A stretch of DNA of 37,048 bases, from NCBI GenBank assembly GCA_040081625.1, contig JBEBGD010000051.1:1-37048 (forward strand), given 5' to 3'. A program made the translations under genes and the position numbers. The notes below the pieces were generated by a model. That model made no database searches and had not been told where the DNA came from. It saw only the letters and a list, made by a program, of their open reading frames with translations. Below, one piece after another: positions 25,539 to 34,142 of this stretch. Origin of the DNA: Chthoniobacteraceae bacterium (lineage in GTDB: Bacteria > Verrucomicrobiota > Verrucomicrobiia > Chthoniobacterales > Chthoniobacteraceae). Within the stretch, counting starts at the first letter, position 1. Each line of letters opens with the position of its first letter.

Positions 25539-27913
25539 AAGCTGACCTTCACATCCACACGAAATACTCGGCGCGGGCGCCGGAGTGGTTCTTTCGCAAG
25601 ATCGGGCTGGCGGACAGCTACTCGGATCCGCGCGCGCTTTATGACCGGCTGCGTGCGGCAGGGATGGATGGCGTCACGTTCACGGATCACAACTGCATCG
25701 ACGGGTGCCTCGCGATCGCGGAGTTGCCGGGCGCGTTTGTGAGCGTGCAGGTGAGCGCGCGTTTTCCGGAGGATCGGACGAAGATTCATCTGCTCGTGTG
25801 GGGCGTGAGCGAGGCGCAGCACGGTGAGTTGCAGAATCTGCGCGACAATATCTACGAGATGCAGCGTTACCTCGCGCAGCACGATCTCACGCACGCTGTG
25901 GCTCATCCGTTCTATCGGCCTTCGGAGCCGCTTCCGGTCGTGCACGTGGAGAAGCTCGTGCTGCTGTTCCGGCATTTCGAGGGGATCAACGGGCTGCGCG
26001 ACCGGTTTCTCAGCGATGTCGCGCGGTGTGTCTTCGGCGCGTTGACGCCGCAGCGGATCGAGGAATTTGCGAATCGCCACGGACTCGCTCCGACGCACCC
26101 GGAAGCGTGGCGCAAGGTGCTGATCGGCGGTTCGGATGACCACGGTGGGCTGAGGCCGGCGCGCGCGTTCACCGAGACGCCGACGGCGGCTGATGCGGCT
26201 GAGTTTCTCGCACACGTGCGCGCGGGTCGCTGCGAGGCGCGGGGTGAAGGTGGGACGCCGCTGACGGTTTCGCACGGGCTCTACAACAACTTGCGGCAAT
26301 TTGCCGGCGGGCGATTCGCGGGGGCGAAGACGACGAGCTTTGTCGGGAAGATGTTTTCGCGGTTCATGGAGGGCGAGGACCCGACGGAGTTTTCGTGGAT
26401 GGAGAAGCTGGGCTTTCTCGCGGAGGGGATCGCGAGCGGGCAGATCTTCGAGCTGGCTAAGCCGGCGAATGCGTCGTTGTGGCGGCATTTCGCGACGCAC
26501 TTTTCGCAGAGCGCGGTGAAGAAGCGGCTGGCGGCGGAGACGGAGGGAGTCGTGGAGCCGGAGCGGCGCGCGTTTGTGACCGCGAACTTTTTCGCGAGCC
26601 AGCTCGCGTTTCATTTCTTCACGAGCCTGGTCGCGAAGGCGTCGCGCGGGAATCCGATCGAGGCGATTCAGGATGCGGCGATGCTCGCGCCGGTGCTCGC
26701 GCCGCTGGCGCCGTATTTGTATGCATTCAAGAGTCAGGCGCCGGACCGGCGCTGGCTGGGCGAGGTGTCGCGCGCGCTGACGGGCGAGGCTGCTCCGGCG
26801 CTGCGCAATACCAAGCGCGCGTGGTTCACGGACACGCTCGAGGATGTGAACGGTGTGGCGAATACGATCCGGCGGCTGACGGCGGCTTGCCGCGCGCAGG
26901 GACACGACGTCGTTGTGGTCACGTCGCGCTCGGAGATCACGATCACGGACATCCCGATCAAGAACTTCGCGCCGATCGGCGAGTTCGAGCTGCCGGAATA
27001 CAAGCTCCAGAAGCTGAGCTTTCCGCCGATTTTGCAGATGATCGATTACATCCAGCGCGAGGGATTCACCGAGCTGATCATCTCGACGCCGGGGCCGATC
27101 GGGCTCACGGCGCTACTTGCGGCGAAGCTGCTTGGGCTGCGCGCGAGCGGGATCTACCACACGGATTTTCCGCAATACATCCGCATCCTCACCGACGACT
27201 CCTTTCTCGAAACGCTGACGTGGAGCTACATGAAGTGGTTCTACGACGCGCTCGATCTGATCTACGTGAACAGCGAGGGCTATCGTGGCGCGTGGATCGC
27301 GCGCGGGATCGATGCGGAGAAGCTGCGCATCCTGCCGCGAGGCCTGGACACGGCGCTCTTCGATCCGTCGCGGCGCGATTCGGAGTTTTGGGTGAAGCGT
27401 GGTGCGGCGCGTGGCGCGACGGTGCTGCTCTACGTCGGGCGCATCTCGAAGGAGAAGGATCTCGATGTGATCGCGCGTGCGTGGCCAAAGCTGAAGCGCG
27501 ACGGCGTGGCGGTGGCGTTCGTGGGCGATGGGCCGTATCGAGCGGAGATGGAGGATCAATTGCCCGACGCGATATTTACCGGCGTGCTCGCGGGGCGCGA
27601 GCTGGCGACGGCTTACGCGAGCGCGGACGTGTTCGTCTTTCCGAGCACGACGGACACGTTCGGCAATGTGATCCTCGAGGCCCTCGCGAGCGGGTTGCCG
27701 TGCGTGGTGTCGGACCAGGGCGGGCCAAAGGATCTCGTCGAGGACGGGCGCACGGGATTCATTTCGCGCGGACTCGATGTCGAGGACTTTGCTCGCTGCG
27801 TCGAGCGGGCGATCGGGGCGCTTGCGTCGGGAGAAATACGCGGCGCCACGCGCGCGGCGGTGGAGAGCCGCGACTGGATGGAAGCGGGCGGGCGCTTTTG
27901 GAGCGGAGGCTAG
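25535..27913 (+). CDS. PHP-domain / glycosyltransferase family 4 fusion protein
   Basis: PHP motifs DLHIHT, FTDHN, AHP and GGSDDH; GT4 motifs DVNGVA, YHTDFP, YVGRISKEK and DTFGNVILEALASGLP. TTGA overlap with the deacetylase. Confidence 0.9.
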   Translation: MKADLHIHTKYSARAPEWFFRKIGLADSYSDPRALYDRLRAAGMDGVTFTDHNCIDGCLAIAELPGAFVSVQVSARFPEDRTKIHLLVWGVSEAQHGELQNLRDNIYEMQRYLAQHDLTHAVAHPFYRPSEPLPVVHVEKLVLLFRHFEGINGLRDRFLSDVARCVFGALTPQRIEEFANRHGLAPTHPEAWRKVLIGGSDDHGGLRPARAFTETPTAADAAEFLAHVRAGRCEARGEGGTPLTVSHGLYNNLRQFAGGRFAGAKTTSFVGKMFSRFMEGEDPTEFSWMEKLGFLAEGIASGQIFELAKPANASLWRHFATHFSQSAVKKRLAAETEGVVEPERRAFVTANFFASQLAFHFFTSLVAKASRGNPIEAIQDAAMLAPVLAPLAPYLYAFKSQAPDRRWLGEVSRALTGEAAPALRNTKRAWFTDTLEDVNGVANTIRRLTAACRAQGHDVVVVTSRSEITITDIPIKNFAPIGEFELPEYKLQKLSFPPILQMIDYIQREGFTELIISTPGPIGLTALLAAKLLGLRASGIYHTDFPQYIRILTDDSFLETLTWSYMKWFYDALDLIYVNSEGYRGAWIARGIDAEKLRILPRGLDTALFDPSRRDSEFWVKRGAARGATVLLYVGRISKEKDLDVIARAWPKLKRDGVAVAFVGDGPYRAEMEDQLPDAIFTGVLAGRELATAYASADVFVFPSTTDTFGNVILEALASGLPCVVSDQGGPKDLVEDGRTGFISRGLDVEDFARCVERAIGALASGEIRGATRAAVESRDWMEAGGRFWSGG

Positions 27914-28374
27914 GTCTTGCGCCGGTTGAAGCTCGCGGCTTCGCGATCCATCTCGCGTTTGACCGCGCGTTTCTTCAGGTCGGCCCGTTGGTCGCGCTGC
28001 TCCTTGCCGCGGCCGATGCCCAGTTCGACCTTCACTCGCGAGTTCTTCCAATACATGCGCAGTGCGACGATCGTGAGGCCCTTGATCTGGACCTTGGCGA
28101 AGAGCTTCTCGATCTCGGCGCGATGGAGGAGCAGGCGGCGAAATCGCTTGGCTTCGTGCTGCAGGTTGCTGGCCTTTTCGTAAGGCTGGATGTTCACCTC
28201 GCAGAGCCAGGCCTGCCTGTTCTCGATGCGCGCGAAGGCGCCGCTCAAGTTGGCGTGACCCTCGCGGATCGACTTTACTTCGGTGCCCTTGAGCTCGATG
28301 CCCGCTTCGAGCCTCTCGAGGATGTGATAATCCCGGAGCGCCTTTCGATTGACGCTGATTTCGCGCTCGATCAC
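27910..28374 (-). CDS. smpB: SsrA-binding protein SmpB
   Basis: NRKALRDY, EAGIELKGTEVKSIR, R.LLLHRAEI and basic C-terminal tail. Confidence 0.96.
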   Translation of the reverse strand: MIEREISVNRKALRDYHILERLEAGIELKGTEVKSIREGHANLSGAFARIENRQAWLCEVNIQPYEKASNLQHEAKRFRRLLLHRAEIEKLFAKVQIKGLTIVALRMYWKNSRVKVELGIGRGKEQRDQRADLKKRAVKREMDREAASFNRRKT

Positions 28375-28389
28375 GCGCGAGTCTTTCGG

Positions 28390-28608
28390 CTAGCCGCCCT
28401 TGGGGCTCTCCACCGGAGCCAGTTCAAACTTGACCTTGCCTTCGATGATTTCCTTGAGGGCGATGTCGGCCCATCCTTCGCGCGGGCCGTATTCGACGAG
28501 CGGACGATGCCCCGTGGTGAGCTGGCGGACTCGCTTGGAGACGAGGTTCACGAGCACTTGCTGATTTGGGACGACCTTCTGCGCTTCTTCGAGGAGCTGG
28601 CTGGACAT
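28390..28608 (-). CDS. rpoZ: RNA polymerase omega subunit
   Basis: MSSQLLEEA...LVNLVSKRVRQL...P...DIALKEIIEGKV; start placed at ATG 28608. Confidence 0.88.
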   Translation of the reverse strand: MSSQLLEEAQKVVPNQQVLVNLVSKRVRQLTTGHRPLVEYGPREGWADIALKEIIEGKVKFELAPVESPKGG

Positions 28609-28720
28609 ATGGCGAATTGACACGACTGACGGGTTAAAAAGGACGCGGAGAGTCGTTGGGTTGCGCGGGGGCGTCAAATGGTTTCTCGACGCGTGTCAAC
28701 CCGCAGTTTTCCGGGCGAAA

Positions 28721-29197
28721 TCAGGGCTGCGGCGGGGGCCGGCGCTTAAGCGTGATGCGCTTGAGGCGCGAGTCGTCGGCAGGGCTCCAGGTGACGATAT
28801 CCGGGTCGTGCTCGAAGGCGTGATGGACGATGCGGCGCTCGTAGGCGTTCATCGGCTCGAGCTGAAAGGAGCGGCTTGTCCTGCGGACGACATCGGCGAC
28901 CTGGCGGACCTTCTGCACGAGCTGGTCTTCCTTCATCTCGCGCCAATGCTCGACATCGACCTGCACTTTTCGCGCGTCCTTGTTCTTCGCGGTGAGCATG
29001 CGGTTGAGCATGAGCTGGAGGTCGTCGAGCGTCTCGCCGTGGCGGCCGATGAGCCGGTCTTTCTCCGCGGTGTAGATCTGCAGCGTGAGCGAGCCGTCGT
29101 CGTGGGGGAATTCCTTGATCTCGCAGAAAAAGCCGAGCAGCCCGAGCATGGAGTCGAGCGTCTCCTTTGGATCGAGAACGACGGTTTGTTCGCTCAT
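28721..29197 (-). CDS. jag: Jag/EloR (KhpB)-type RNA-binding protein, KH + R3H domains
   Basis: KH motif LIGRHGETLDDLQ; R3H motif PMNAYERRIVH; lies downstream of yidC. Confidence 0.88.
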   Translation of the reverse strand: MSEQTVVLDPKETLDSMLGLLGFFCEIKEFPHDDGSLTLQIYTAEKDRLIGRHGETLDDLQLMLNRMLTAKNKDARKVQVDVEHWREMKEDQLVQKVRQVADVVRRTSRSFQLEPMNAYERRIVHHAFEHDPDIVTWSPADDSRLKRITLKRRPPPQP

Positions 29198-31023
29198 GAT
29201 TTGCGTTTGGGTTTTGTGGGAGGCGGAATGACTTCGACCAGCGCCGGCTGCGCGGCCTGTTTGTCGCGCGTGACGTAGAGCTGCACGATGCTGAAGAGGT
29301 TTTGCACCGACCAGTAGAGGGCCAGCGCAGCGGCGTAGTTATAGCAGAGCGCGATGAAGATCAACGGCATGAACATCATCATGCGCTGCATCATCGGGTC
29401 GCCGGCCTTCGGCGTGAGCTTCATCTGCACGACCATCGTCCCGGCCATGATCAGCGGGAGGATGTTCAGTGGGAAGCCGGCGATCGTCAGCACGGTGTCG
29501 GGCTGCGAGAGGTCGGTGACCCATAGGAAGCCGTTGTTGCGCAGCTCCACGGCTTTGTTGAGCATGTTGTAGAAGCCGAAGAAAATCGGGATCTGCACGA
29601 ACATCGGCAGGCAGCCGCCGAGCGGGTTGATGCCGTATTGCTTCCACATCTTCCCGGTCTCCTGTTGGAGCCGCATCGGGTCGTCCTTGTAGCGTTCCTG
29701 GATCTCCTTCAGCCGCGGCGAGAGCGCCTGCATTTTCTTGGCGGTTTCTGTCGCGCGGTTTTGCAGCGGCCACATCGCCGAGCGGATGATGATCGTGAGG
29801 ACCATGATGGCCGCCCAATAGCTGCCGAGGAGCGACTTGAACCAGTTGAGCGAAGTGAGCAGGCCTTTGCTGATCCAGCCGAATATGCCGAAGTCGAGGA
29901 TCTCGGCTTCCGAGTTGTCGAGGTGGCGGAGGCGGCGGTATTCGCTGGGGCCGGCGAGAATGCGGAAGCTGCGCGTGGCGGTGGCCCCGGGCTCGAGGGC
30001 GAAGCCGCCCATCTGGACTGCGCCGTCGATGCCGTGGAGCTCGGCGACGCCTGCCGGTTTGCGGCTGGCATTGTTCCATTGCGCGGCCGGGATCGTGGTG
30101 CGGCGCGCCCACACGCCGGTGCCGCGTGCCGCAGCCTGCACGTCGGTGGTGGCCTTGGTATTGACCTGCGGCGTGATCAAGGTGCAGAAATATTGGTTTG
30201 CGACCGAAGCCCAGCGCACATCGCTCAGCAGCTCGGGCTGCTCGGGATAGACGGCCCGCGCACCGCGCGAAAACATGAGGAATCCGCCCTCGGCAAACCA
30301 GCTCAGGTCGGTGAAATGGTTCTTGGTGCCGAAGCCTTCGCCGCGCAGGTAATTGAAGCCGATGTAGAGCGGCGCATCCTTCTCGTGGAGCGGCCCGGCC
30401 GAGCCGAGGTGAACCCAATACGCCGGCACCGCGAGCGGCTGCGCGCCGCGATTTGTGAAGGTCAGGTCGAGTGTGATAAGGAATTCCTCCCGCAGGCGCT
30501 CGTTGCCCGTGAGTCGATCGAATTTCGGCAACGTGAACCGCTTGGACAGCGCGAGCTGCTTCTCATCCACGCGCTCGAAGGTCACCGTGCCGGCTGCGGC
30601 GTCGGCCTGCGTCGTAAAGGGTATATTCGTCCGGTCGCCCGCCGCCTCGCTCACCGCGCCGATCGGCGTCGTGCCGAACTCATTGATCACGACCTTCGTT
30701 TTCCTCGCTGTCTCGATGACGTGATCGTCCAGCGTCACGCGCGAGATGCCGCCGCCCAAATTCGTGAAGACGTATTCAGCCGAAGAGGTGCGCAGTTTCT
30801 CGGGCTTCTCCTCCACCACCGGTGCGGCGGGAGCGACGACCGCGGGCGCTTGCGGCGAACCCGGCGCGGTCGCCGGCTTCGTCGCCGGCTCGAGCTTCGC
30901 CATCTCGGCATCGTAGGCGGCTTTCGCGACCTGATACGCGGCGAGTTGCTTGCCCTGATAGACCTGCCAGCCGACGAGGCCGATGACGCAGAGGACGATG
31001 CCGAAGATGCCTTTCTTATCCAT
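29194..31023 (-). CDS. yidC: Membrane protein insertase YidC
   Basis: N-terminal TM, large periplasmic domain, DFG..GW, NPLGGCLPMFVQIPIF, WVTDLSQPD and LYWSVQN. Confidence 0.96.
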   Translation of the reverse strand: MDKKGIFGIVLCVIGLVGWQVYQGKQLAAYQVAKAAYDAEMAKLEPATKPATAPGSPQAPAVVAPAAPVVEEKPEKLRTSSAEYVFTNLGGGISRVTLDDHVIETARKTKVVINEFGTTPIGAVSEAAGDRTNIPFTTQADAAAGTVTFERVDEKQLALSKRFTLPKFDRLTGNERLREEFLITLDLTFTNRGAQPLAVPAYWVHLGSAGPLHEKDAPLYIGFNYLRGEGFGTKNHFTDLSWFAEGGFLMFSRGARAVYPEQPELLSDVRWASVANQYFCTLITPQVNTKATTDVQAAARGTGVWARRTTIPAAQWNNASRKPAGVAELHGIDGAVQMGGFALEPGATATRSFRILAGPSEYRRLRHLDNSEAEILDFGIFGWISKGLLTSLNWFKSLLGSYWAAIMVLTIIIRSAMWPLQNRATETAKKMQALSPRLKEIQERYKDDPMRLQQETGKMWKQYGINPLGGCLPMFVQIPIFFGFYNMLNKAVELRNNGFLWVTDLSQPDTVLTIAGFPLNILPLIMAGTMVVQMKLTPKAGDPMMQRMMMFMPLIFIALCYNYAAALALYWSVQNLFSIVQLYVTRDKQAAQPALVEVIPPPTKPKRKS

Positions 31024-31026
31024 GAA

Positions 31027-31299
31027 TCACTGGGGACAACGTGTGTAGGTGCGGCGTGCATCCGTGGCGCGCGGCGGGACGGGATCGAAGCCCGAGCCGC
31101 CCCACGGATGGCAGCGCGCGATGCGCCGCAGCCCGAGCCCTGCGCCGCGGAGAACGCCGTGGACTTCGCAGGCCTCCAGGAAATACGACGAGCAGCCCGG
31201 CGTGTAGCGGCAGCCCGCGCCCGGCCCGCCAAGCGCGAGCAGAAACGGACGCAGCAGGAGCTGGTAAAAACGGATGACGAGCCGGATGAGCGAAAGCAT
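31027..31299 (-). CDS. yidD: Membrane protein insertion efficiency factor YidD
   Basis: [10 protein letters not shown]...[14 protein letters not shown]...HG...[18 protein letters not shown]; lies between rnpA and yidC. Confidence 0.93.
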   Translation of the reverse strand: MLSLIRLVIRFYQLLLRPFLLALGGPGAGCRYTPGCSSYFLEACEVHGVLRGAGLGLRRIARCHPWGGSGFDPVPPRATDARRTYTRCPQ

Positions 31300-31661
31300 C
31301 ACGCGTCGAGGACTAACAGCCCGGCGCGTTTTGCCAAGCGGCGCCATTCGTCGCGCAACTCCGCGAACGTCGCCCCGACTGCGCGAGCGCGTGCGATGAG
31401 CACGACCCAAAAGCCCGTCGCCAGTTGCGAGCGGTCCGCGCGCACGAGTTCGCGGAAGCGTCGGCGCACCCGGTTGCGCTCCACCGCCGACCCGACCCGG
31501 CGCGAGGTGATGATGCCGATGCGCGCCGCGCCGGCATCGCCGCACGGCGCCACGCTGCAAAGCATGTATCGCCCGTGCTCGGCCTTGCCCTCGGCGCGCA
31601 CGCGCTCGAACTCCGAGTTGCGTGCCAGTCGCGCGCTGCGGGGGAGGCGAAGGCGCGGCAT
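31299..31661 (-). CDS. rnpA: Ribonuclease P protein component
   Basis: RL....[28 protein letters not shown] (RNR motif). Confidence 0.95.
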   Translation of the reverse strand: MPRLRLPRSARLARNSEFERVRAEGKAEHGRYMLCSVAPCGDAGAARIGIITSRRVGSAVERNRVRRRFRELVRADRSQLATGFWVVLIARARAVGATFAELRDEWRRLAKRAGLLVLDA

Positions 31662-31670
31662 CGGTGCTCA

Positions 31671-31711
31671 AAAATGAAACGGCCCGGCTGCGCACACGCC
31701 TCGCCGGGCCG
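31671..31711 (-). terminator. Putative intrinsic terminator or attenuator between rpmH and rnpA
   Basis: Stem CGGCCCGGC (31680-31688) / GCCGGGCCG (31703-31711), followed on the minus strand by TTTCATTTTT. Confidence 0.6.
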
Positions 31712-31740
31712 GTCGATTCAGTCGTGGACAACGGCGCGCC

Positions 31741-32067
31741 TCAAGCGGCCTTCGGCGCGGAGGTGTCCACCACCTTGCGGCGGACGATCTTGATCGTCTT
31801 CCAGTCGCGGCCCTCGGTCACGGCCTTGATGCGTTGCTGACGGCGCGCGAGACGCGTGGCCTTGCGACGCTTGAGGTTCTTGAGCTTGCGGTTGTGCTGG
31901 TCGGTCTGGCGCGGGTATTCCGCGTCGGCGCCCTTCGGGAGGAGTCGCTTGCGGCCCTGGCGGCGGCGGCGGTTCAGGCACGCGCGGCCGTTTTTGGTTT
32001 TCATTCGCGCGCGAAAGCCGTGCTGGCCGACTCGCGTGCGTTTGGAAGGCTGGTAGGTGCGTTTCAT
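31741..32067 (-). CDS. rpmH: 50S ribosomal protein L34 with long basic C-terminal extension (108 aa)
   Basis: [42 protein letters not shown] is the L34 core; the frame stays open for about 65 more codons to TGA at 31741; directly upstream of rnpA. Confidence 0.93.
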   Translation of the reverse strand: MKRTYQPSKRTRVGQHGFRARMKTKNGRACLNRRRRQGRKRLLPKGADAEYPRQTDQHNRKLKNLKRRKATRLARRQQRIKAVTEGRDWKTIKIVRRKVVDTSAPKAA

Positions 32068-32093
32068 TGGTCCGGTTTGGTGAAAAGGGCGCG

Positions 32094-32121
32094 AGGGTAA
32101 CGGCGCGACGCACCCTGTCAA
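32094..32121 (-). promoter_or_regulatory. Putative rpmH promoter TTGACA-16-TACCCT
   Basis: Minus-strand TTGACA at 32121-32116 and TACCCT at 32099-32094, 26 nt before ATG 32067. Confidence 0.65.
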
Positions 32122-32130
32122 CGCCGGCTT

Positions 32131-32184
32131 GCGAGAAACTCGAAACTTGAAACACGAAACGCTCTCAAGTTTCGGGTAATTCGC
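32131..32184. repeat. Heptamer tandem repeat (GAAACNN x4) with inverted copy forming a hairpin
   Basis: GAAACTC GAAACTT GAAACAC GAAACGC at 32135-32162; CGAAACTTGA (32141-32150) is the exact reverse complement of TCAAGTTTCG (32165-32174). Confidence 0.75.
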
Positions 32185-32194
32185 GTCATCGCCC

Positions 32195-32222
32195 TTGCCC
32201 GGCACGCTCTCCCCGTTACTTT
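32195..32222 (+). promoter_or_regulatory. Putative promoter TTGCCC-16-TACTTT for the nitrite/sulfite reductase
   Basis: Hexamers at 32195-32200 and 32217-32222, upstream of ATG 32244. Confidence 0.45.
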
Positions 32223-32243
32223 GCGCCCCTTTTTTCCGACCGA

Positions 32244-33854
32244 ATGACCGACATACCGCCGAACTACGCTGCTGTCCGCCAGGGCCTCATCCCGCTCACT
32301 CCGCAGGAGAAGATGAAGCTCGATAAGGACGGCCTCGATGTCATCCACGACATCTACCGCTACGCGAAGACCGGCTTCGCCTCGATCGACGCGGACGACT
32401 TCGACCGCTTCAAGTGGTATGGCGTCTATCGGCAGAAGCCGAAGGACTCGGGTTATTTCATGATGCGCCTGAAGCTGCCCGGCGGGCAGTTCAACAGCGC
32501 CCAGGCGCGCGTGCTCCAGAGCGTCACCGACCGCTACGCGCACGGCTTCTGCGACATCACCACGCGGCAGACCTTCCAGTATCACTGGCTCACGATCGAA
32601 GACATCCCGGCCATCTTCGCCGAGCTCGCCACCGTCGGCATCAGCACCAGCGGCGCGTGCGGCGACATCACCCGCAACGTCGTCGGCTGCCCCGTCGCCG
32701 GCATCGACCCCGAGCAGATCCTCGATGCCACGCCGCAACTCATGGCCGTGTCCGCCTTCCTCTCCGACACGAAGGAGTTCTCGAACCTCCCGCGCAAATA
32801 CAAGATCAGCATCAGTGGGTGCTGTATCCATTGCGCGCAGCCCGACATCAACTGCCTCGCCTTCTTCGGCGTCCGCCGCGGCGATGAAGTGGGCTACGGC
32901 CTCAAGGTCGGCGGCGGGCTCAGCTCGGCACCGCACATGTCCGTCCATGTCCCCGTCTTCGTGAAGCCGGAGCAGGTCGTCGATGTCGCGCGCGCCGTGA
33001 GCGTCATTTATCGCGACCACGGCTACCGCCACACACGCACCCGCGCGCGGCTGAAGTTCCTCGCGAAGGCATGGGGTCCGGAGAAACTGCGCGAGGAGAT
33101 CGAAGCGCTCATCGGCTACAAGCTCGACAGCCACACCGACTGGACCTTCCCGCGCGATCCCGAGACCGACCACATCGGCATCCACAAGCAGAAGGACGGC
33201 GATCTCTACTGGGTGGGCATCTGCTTCCCCGGCGGTCGCATACGCGACGGCCACCTCTCGCACCTCGCCGACCTCGCGGAAAAATACGCCGCGCCCGGAC
33301 AGGACGCGCTGCGCTGCACGAACAAGCAGAACCTTCTCCTGCTCAACATCCCCGCCGCGAACCTCGACGCCCTCAAGCGCGACCTCGACGCGCTCGGCCT
33401 CGACTACGCGCCGTCGAACTTCCGCAAAGGCTGCGTGAGCTGCACCGGCATCGAGTTCTGCAACCTCGCCGTCGCCGAGACCAAGAACCGCATGATCCGC
33501 CTCGTCGAGCAGCTCGAGACGCAGAGCGGCTGGTATAAAGGAAAAATCCGCATCCACTTCTCCGGCTGCCCGAGCTCGTGCGGCCAGCACCAGATCGCCG
33601 ACATCGGCTTCCGCGGAGCGAAGACCAAAGTGAACGGCGTGCAGGTCGATGCCTACGATTGCTTCATCGGTGGGCGGCTCGGCGAGACGCGCCGCTTCAA
33701 CGAACTGCTCAAGGGCAAAATCATCGCCGAGGACGTGCATCTCTTCATCGACAAGCTCCTGCGCATCTACGACTCTCTCAAGCAAGGCGACGAGACGTTC
33801 GCCGAGTTCACCGACCGGGTGAAGAAGGACGAGATCATCAAGGCGCTCGAGTAG
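32244..33854 (+). CDS. Ferredoxin-dependent nitrite/sulfite reductase (siroheme, 4Fe-4S)
   Basis: [41 protein letters not shown], and siroheme/FeS ligands CTGIEFC...SGCPSSCGQ. Confidence 0.93.
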   Translation: MTDIPPNYAAVRQGLIPLTPQEKMKLDKDGLDVIHDIYRYAKTGFASIDADDFDRFKWYGVYRQKPKDSGYFMMRLKLPGGQFNSAQARVLQSVTDRYAHGFCDITTRQTFQYHWLTIEDIPAIFAELATVGISTSGACGDITRNVVGCPVAGIDPEQILDATPQLMAVSAFLSDTKEFSNLPRKYKISISGCCIHCAQPDINCLAFFGVRRGDEVGYGLKVGGGLSSAPHMSVHVPVFVKPEQVVDVARAVSVIYRDHGYRHTRTRARLKFLAKAWGPEKLREEIEALIGYKLDSHTDWTFPRDPETDHIGIHKQKDGDLYWVGICFPGGRIRDGHLSHLADLAEKYAAPGQDALRCTNKQNLLLLNIPAANLDALKRDLDALGLDYAPSNFRKGCVSCTGIEFCNLAVAETKNRMIRLVEQLETQSGWYKGKIRIHFSGCPSSCGQHQIADIGFRGAKTKVNGVQVDAYDCFIGGRLGETRRFNELLKGKIIAEDVHLFIDKLLRIYDSLKQGDETFAEFTDRVKKDEIIKALE

Positions 33855-33876
33855 CTGCGTAGTTTTTCTCGCGCGA

Positions 33877-33905
33877 TCCCGCCGGCTGTGTGCTCGACGG
33901 CGGGA
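33877..33905 (+). terminator. GC hairpin after the reductase gene
   Basis: TCCCGCCG (33877-33884) / CGGCGGGA (33898-33905); only a weak T-tract follows. Confidence 0.4.
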
Positions 33906-33931
33906 CGATGGTTTTCGAGCGATGCCGCTCC

Positions 33932-33960
33932 TTGCCATCCGCGTGGTGTGCTCGTAGTCT
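33932..33960 (+). promoter_or_regulatory. Putative promoter TTGCCA-17-TAGTCT, 5 nt before the UBact ATG (leaderless)
   Basis: Hexamers at 33932-33937 and 33955-33960; ATG at 33966. Confidence 0.65.
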
Positions 33961-33965
33961 CCGCC

Positions 33966-34142
33966 ATGCCTGACCGGACGCAAAAACCTGCCGCCCCCGC
34001 TCCGTGGGGACCGAAAGAAGGAGACAGCGGCGGGCCGAAGTCGCCCGATGTCTCGAAGCCCGACGTGAAGGACTTGCTCAAGCGGATGCGCAAGGTTGAT
34101 CCGAACCAGTCGCGCCGGTATCGTCAACGCACCGGCCAGTGA
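33966..34142 (+). CDS. ubact: Prokaryotic ubiquitin-like protein UBact (58 aa)
   Basis: MPDRTQKP...GGPKSPDVSKPDVKDLLKRMRKVDPNQSRRYRQRTGQ. The C-terminus fits the R-[TS]-G-[EQ] UBact signature, and the gene lies directly before the proteasome beta gene (GTGA overlap). Confidence 0.92.
   Translation: MPDRTQKPAAPAPWGPKEGDSGGPKSPDVSKPDVKDLLKRMRKVDPNQSRRYRQRTGQ

Noticed and set aside
27910..28720. tmRNA (ssrA) near smpB
   Set aside because: The intergenic gaps are too short and no tRNA-like ends were seen.
32068..32205. N-terminal extension of L34 (154-aa ORF from 32205)
   Set aside because: The canonical MKRTYQP start is at 32067 with a promoter just upstream; the extra codons cross the heptamer repeat.
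32068..32243. Replication origin next to rpmH
   Set aside because: No dnaA, no DnaA boxes and no AT-rich unwinding element were seen.
33888..34142. Actinobacterial Pup, or an 84-aa ORF starting at 33888
   Set aside because: The C-terminus is RTGQ rather than GGQ/GGE. The longer start spans a hairpin and the promoter, so ATG 33966 is the sensible start.
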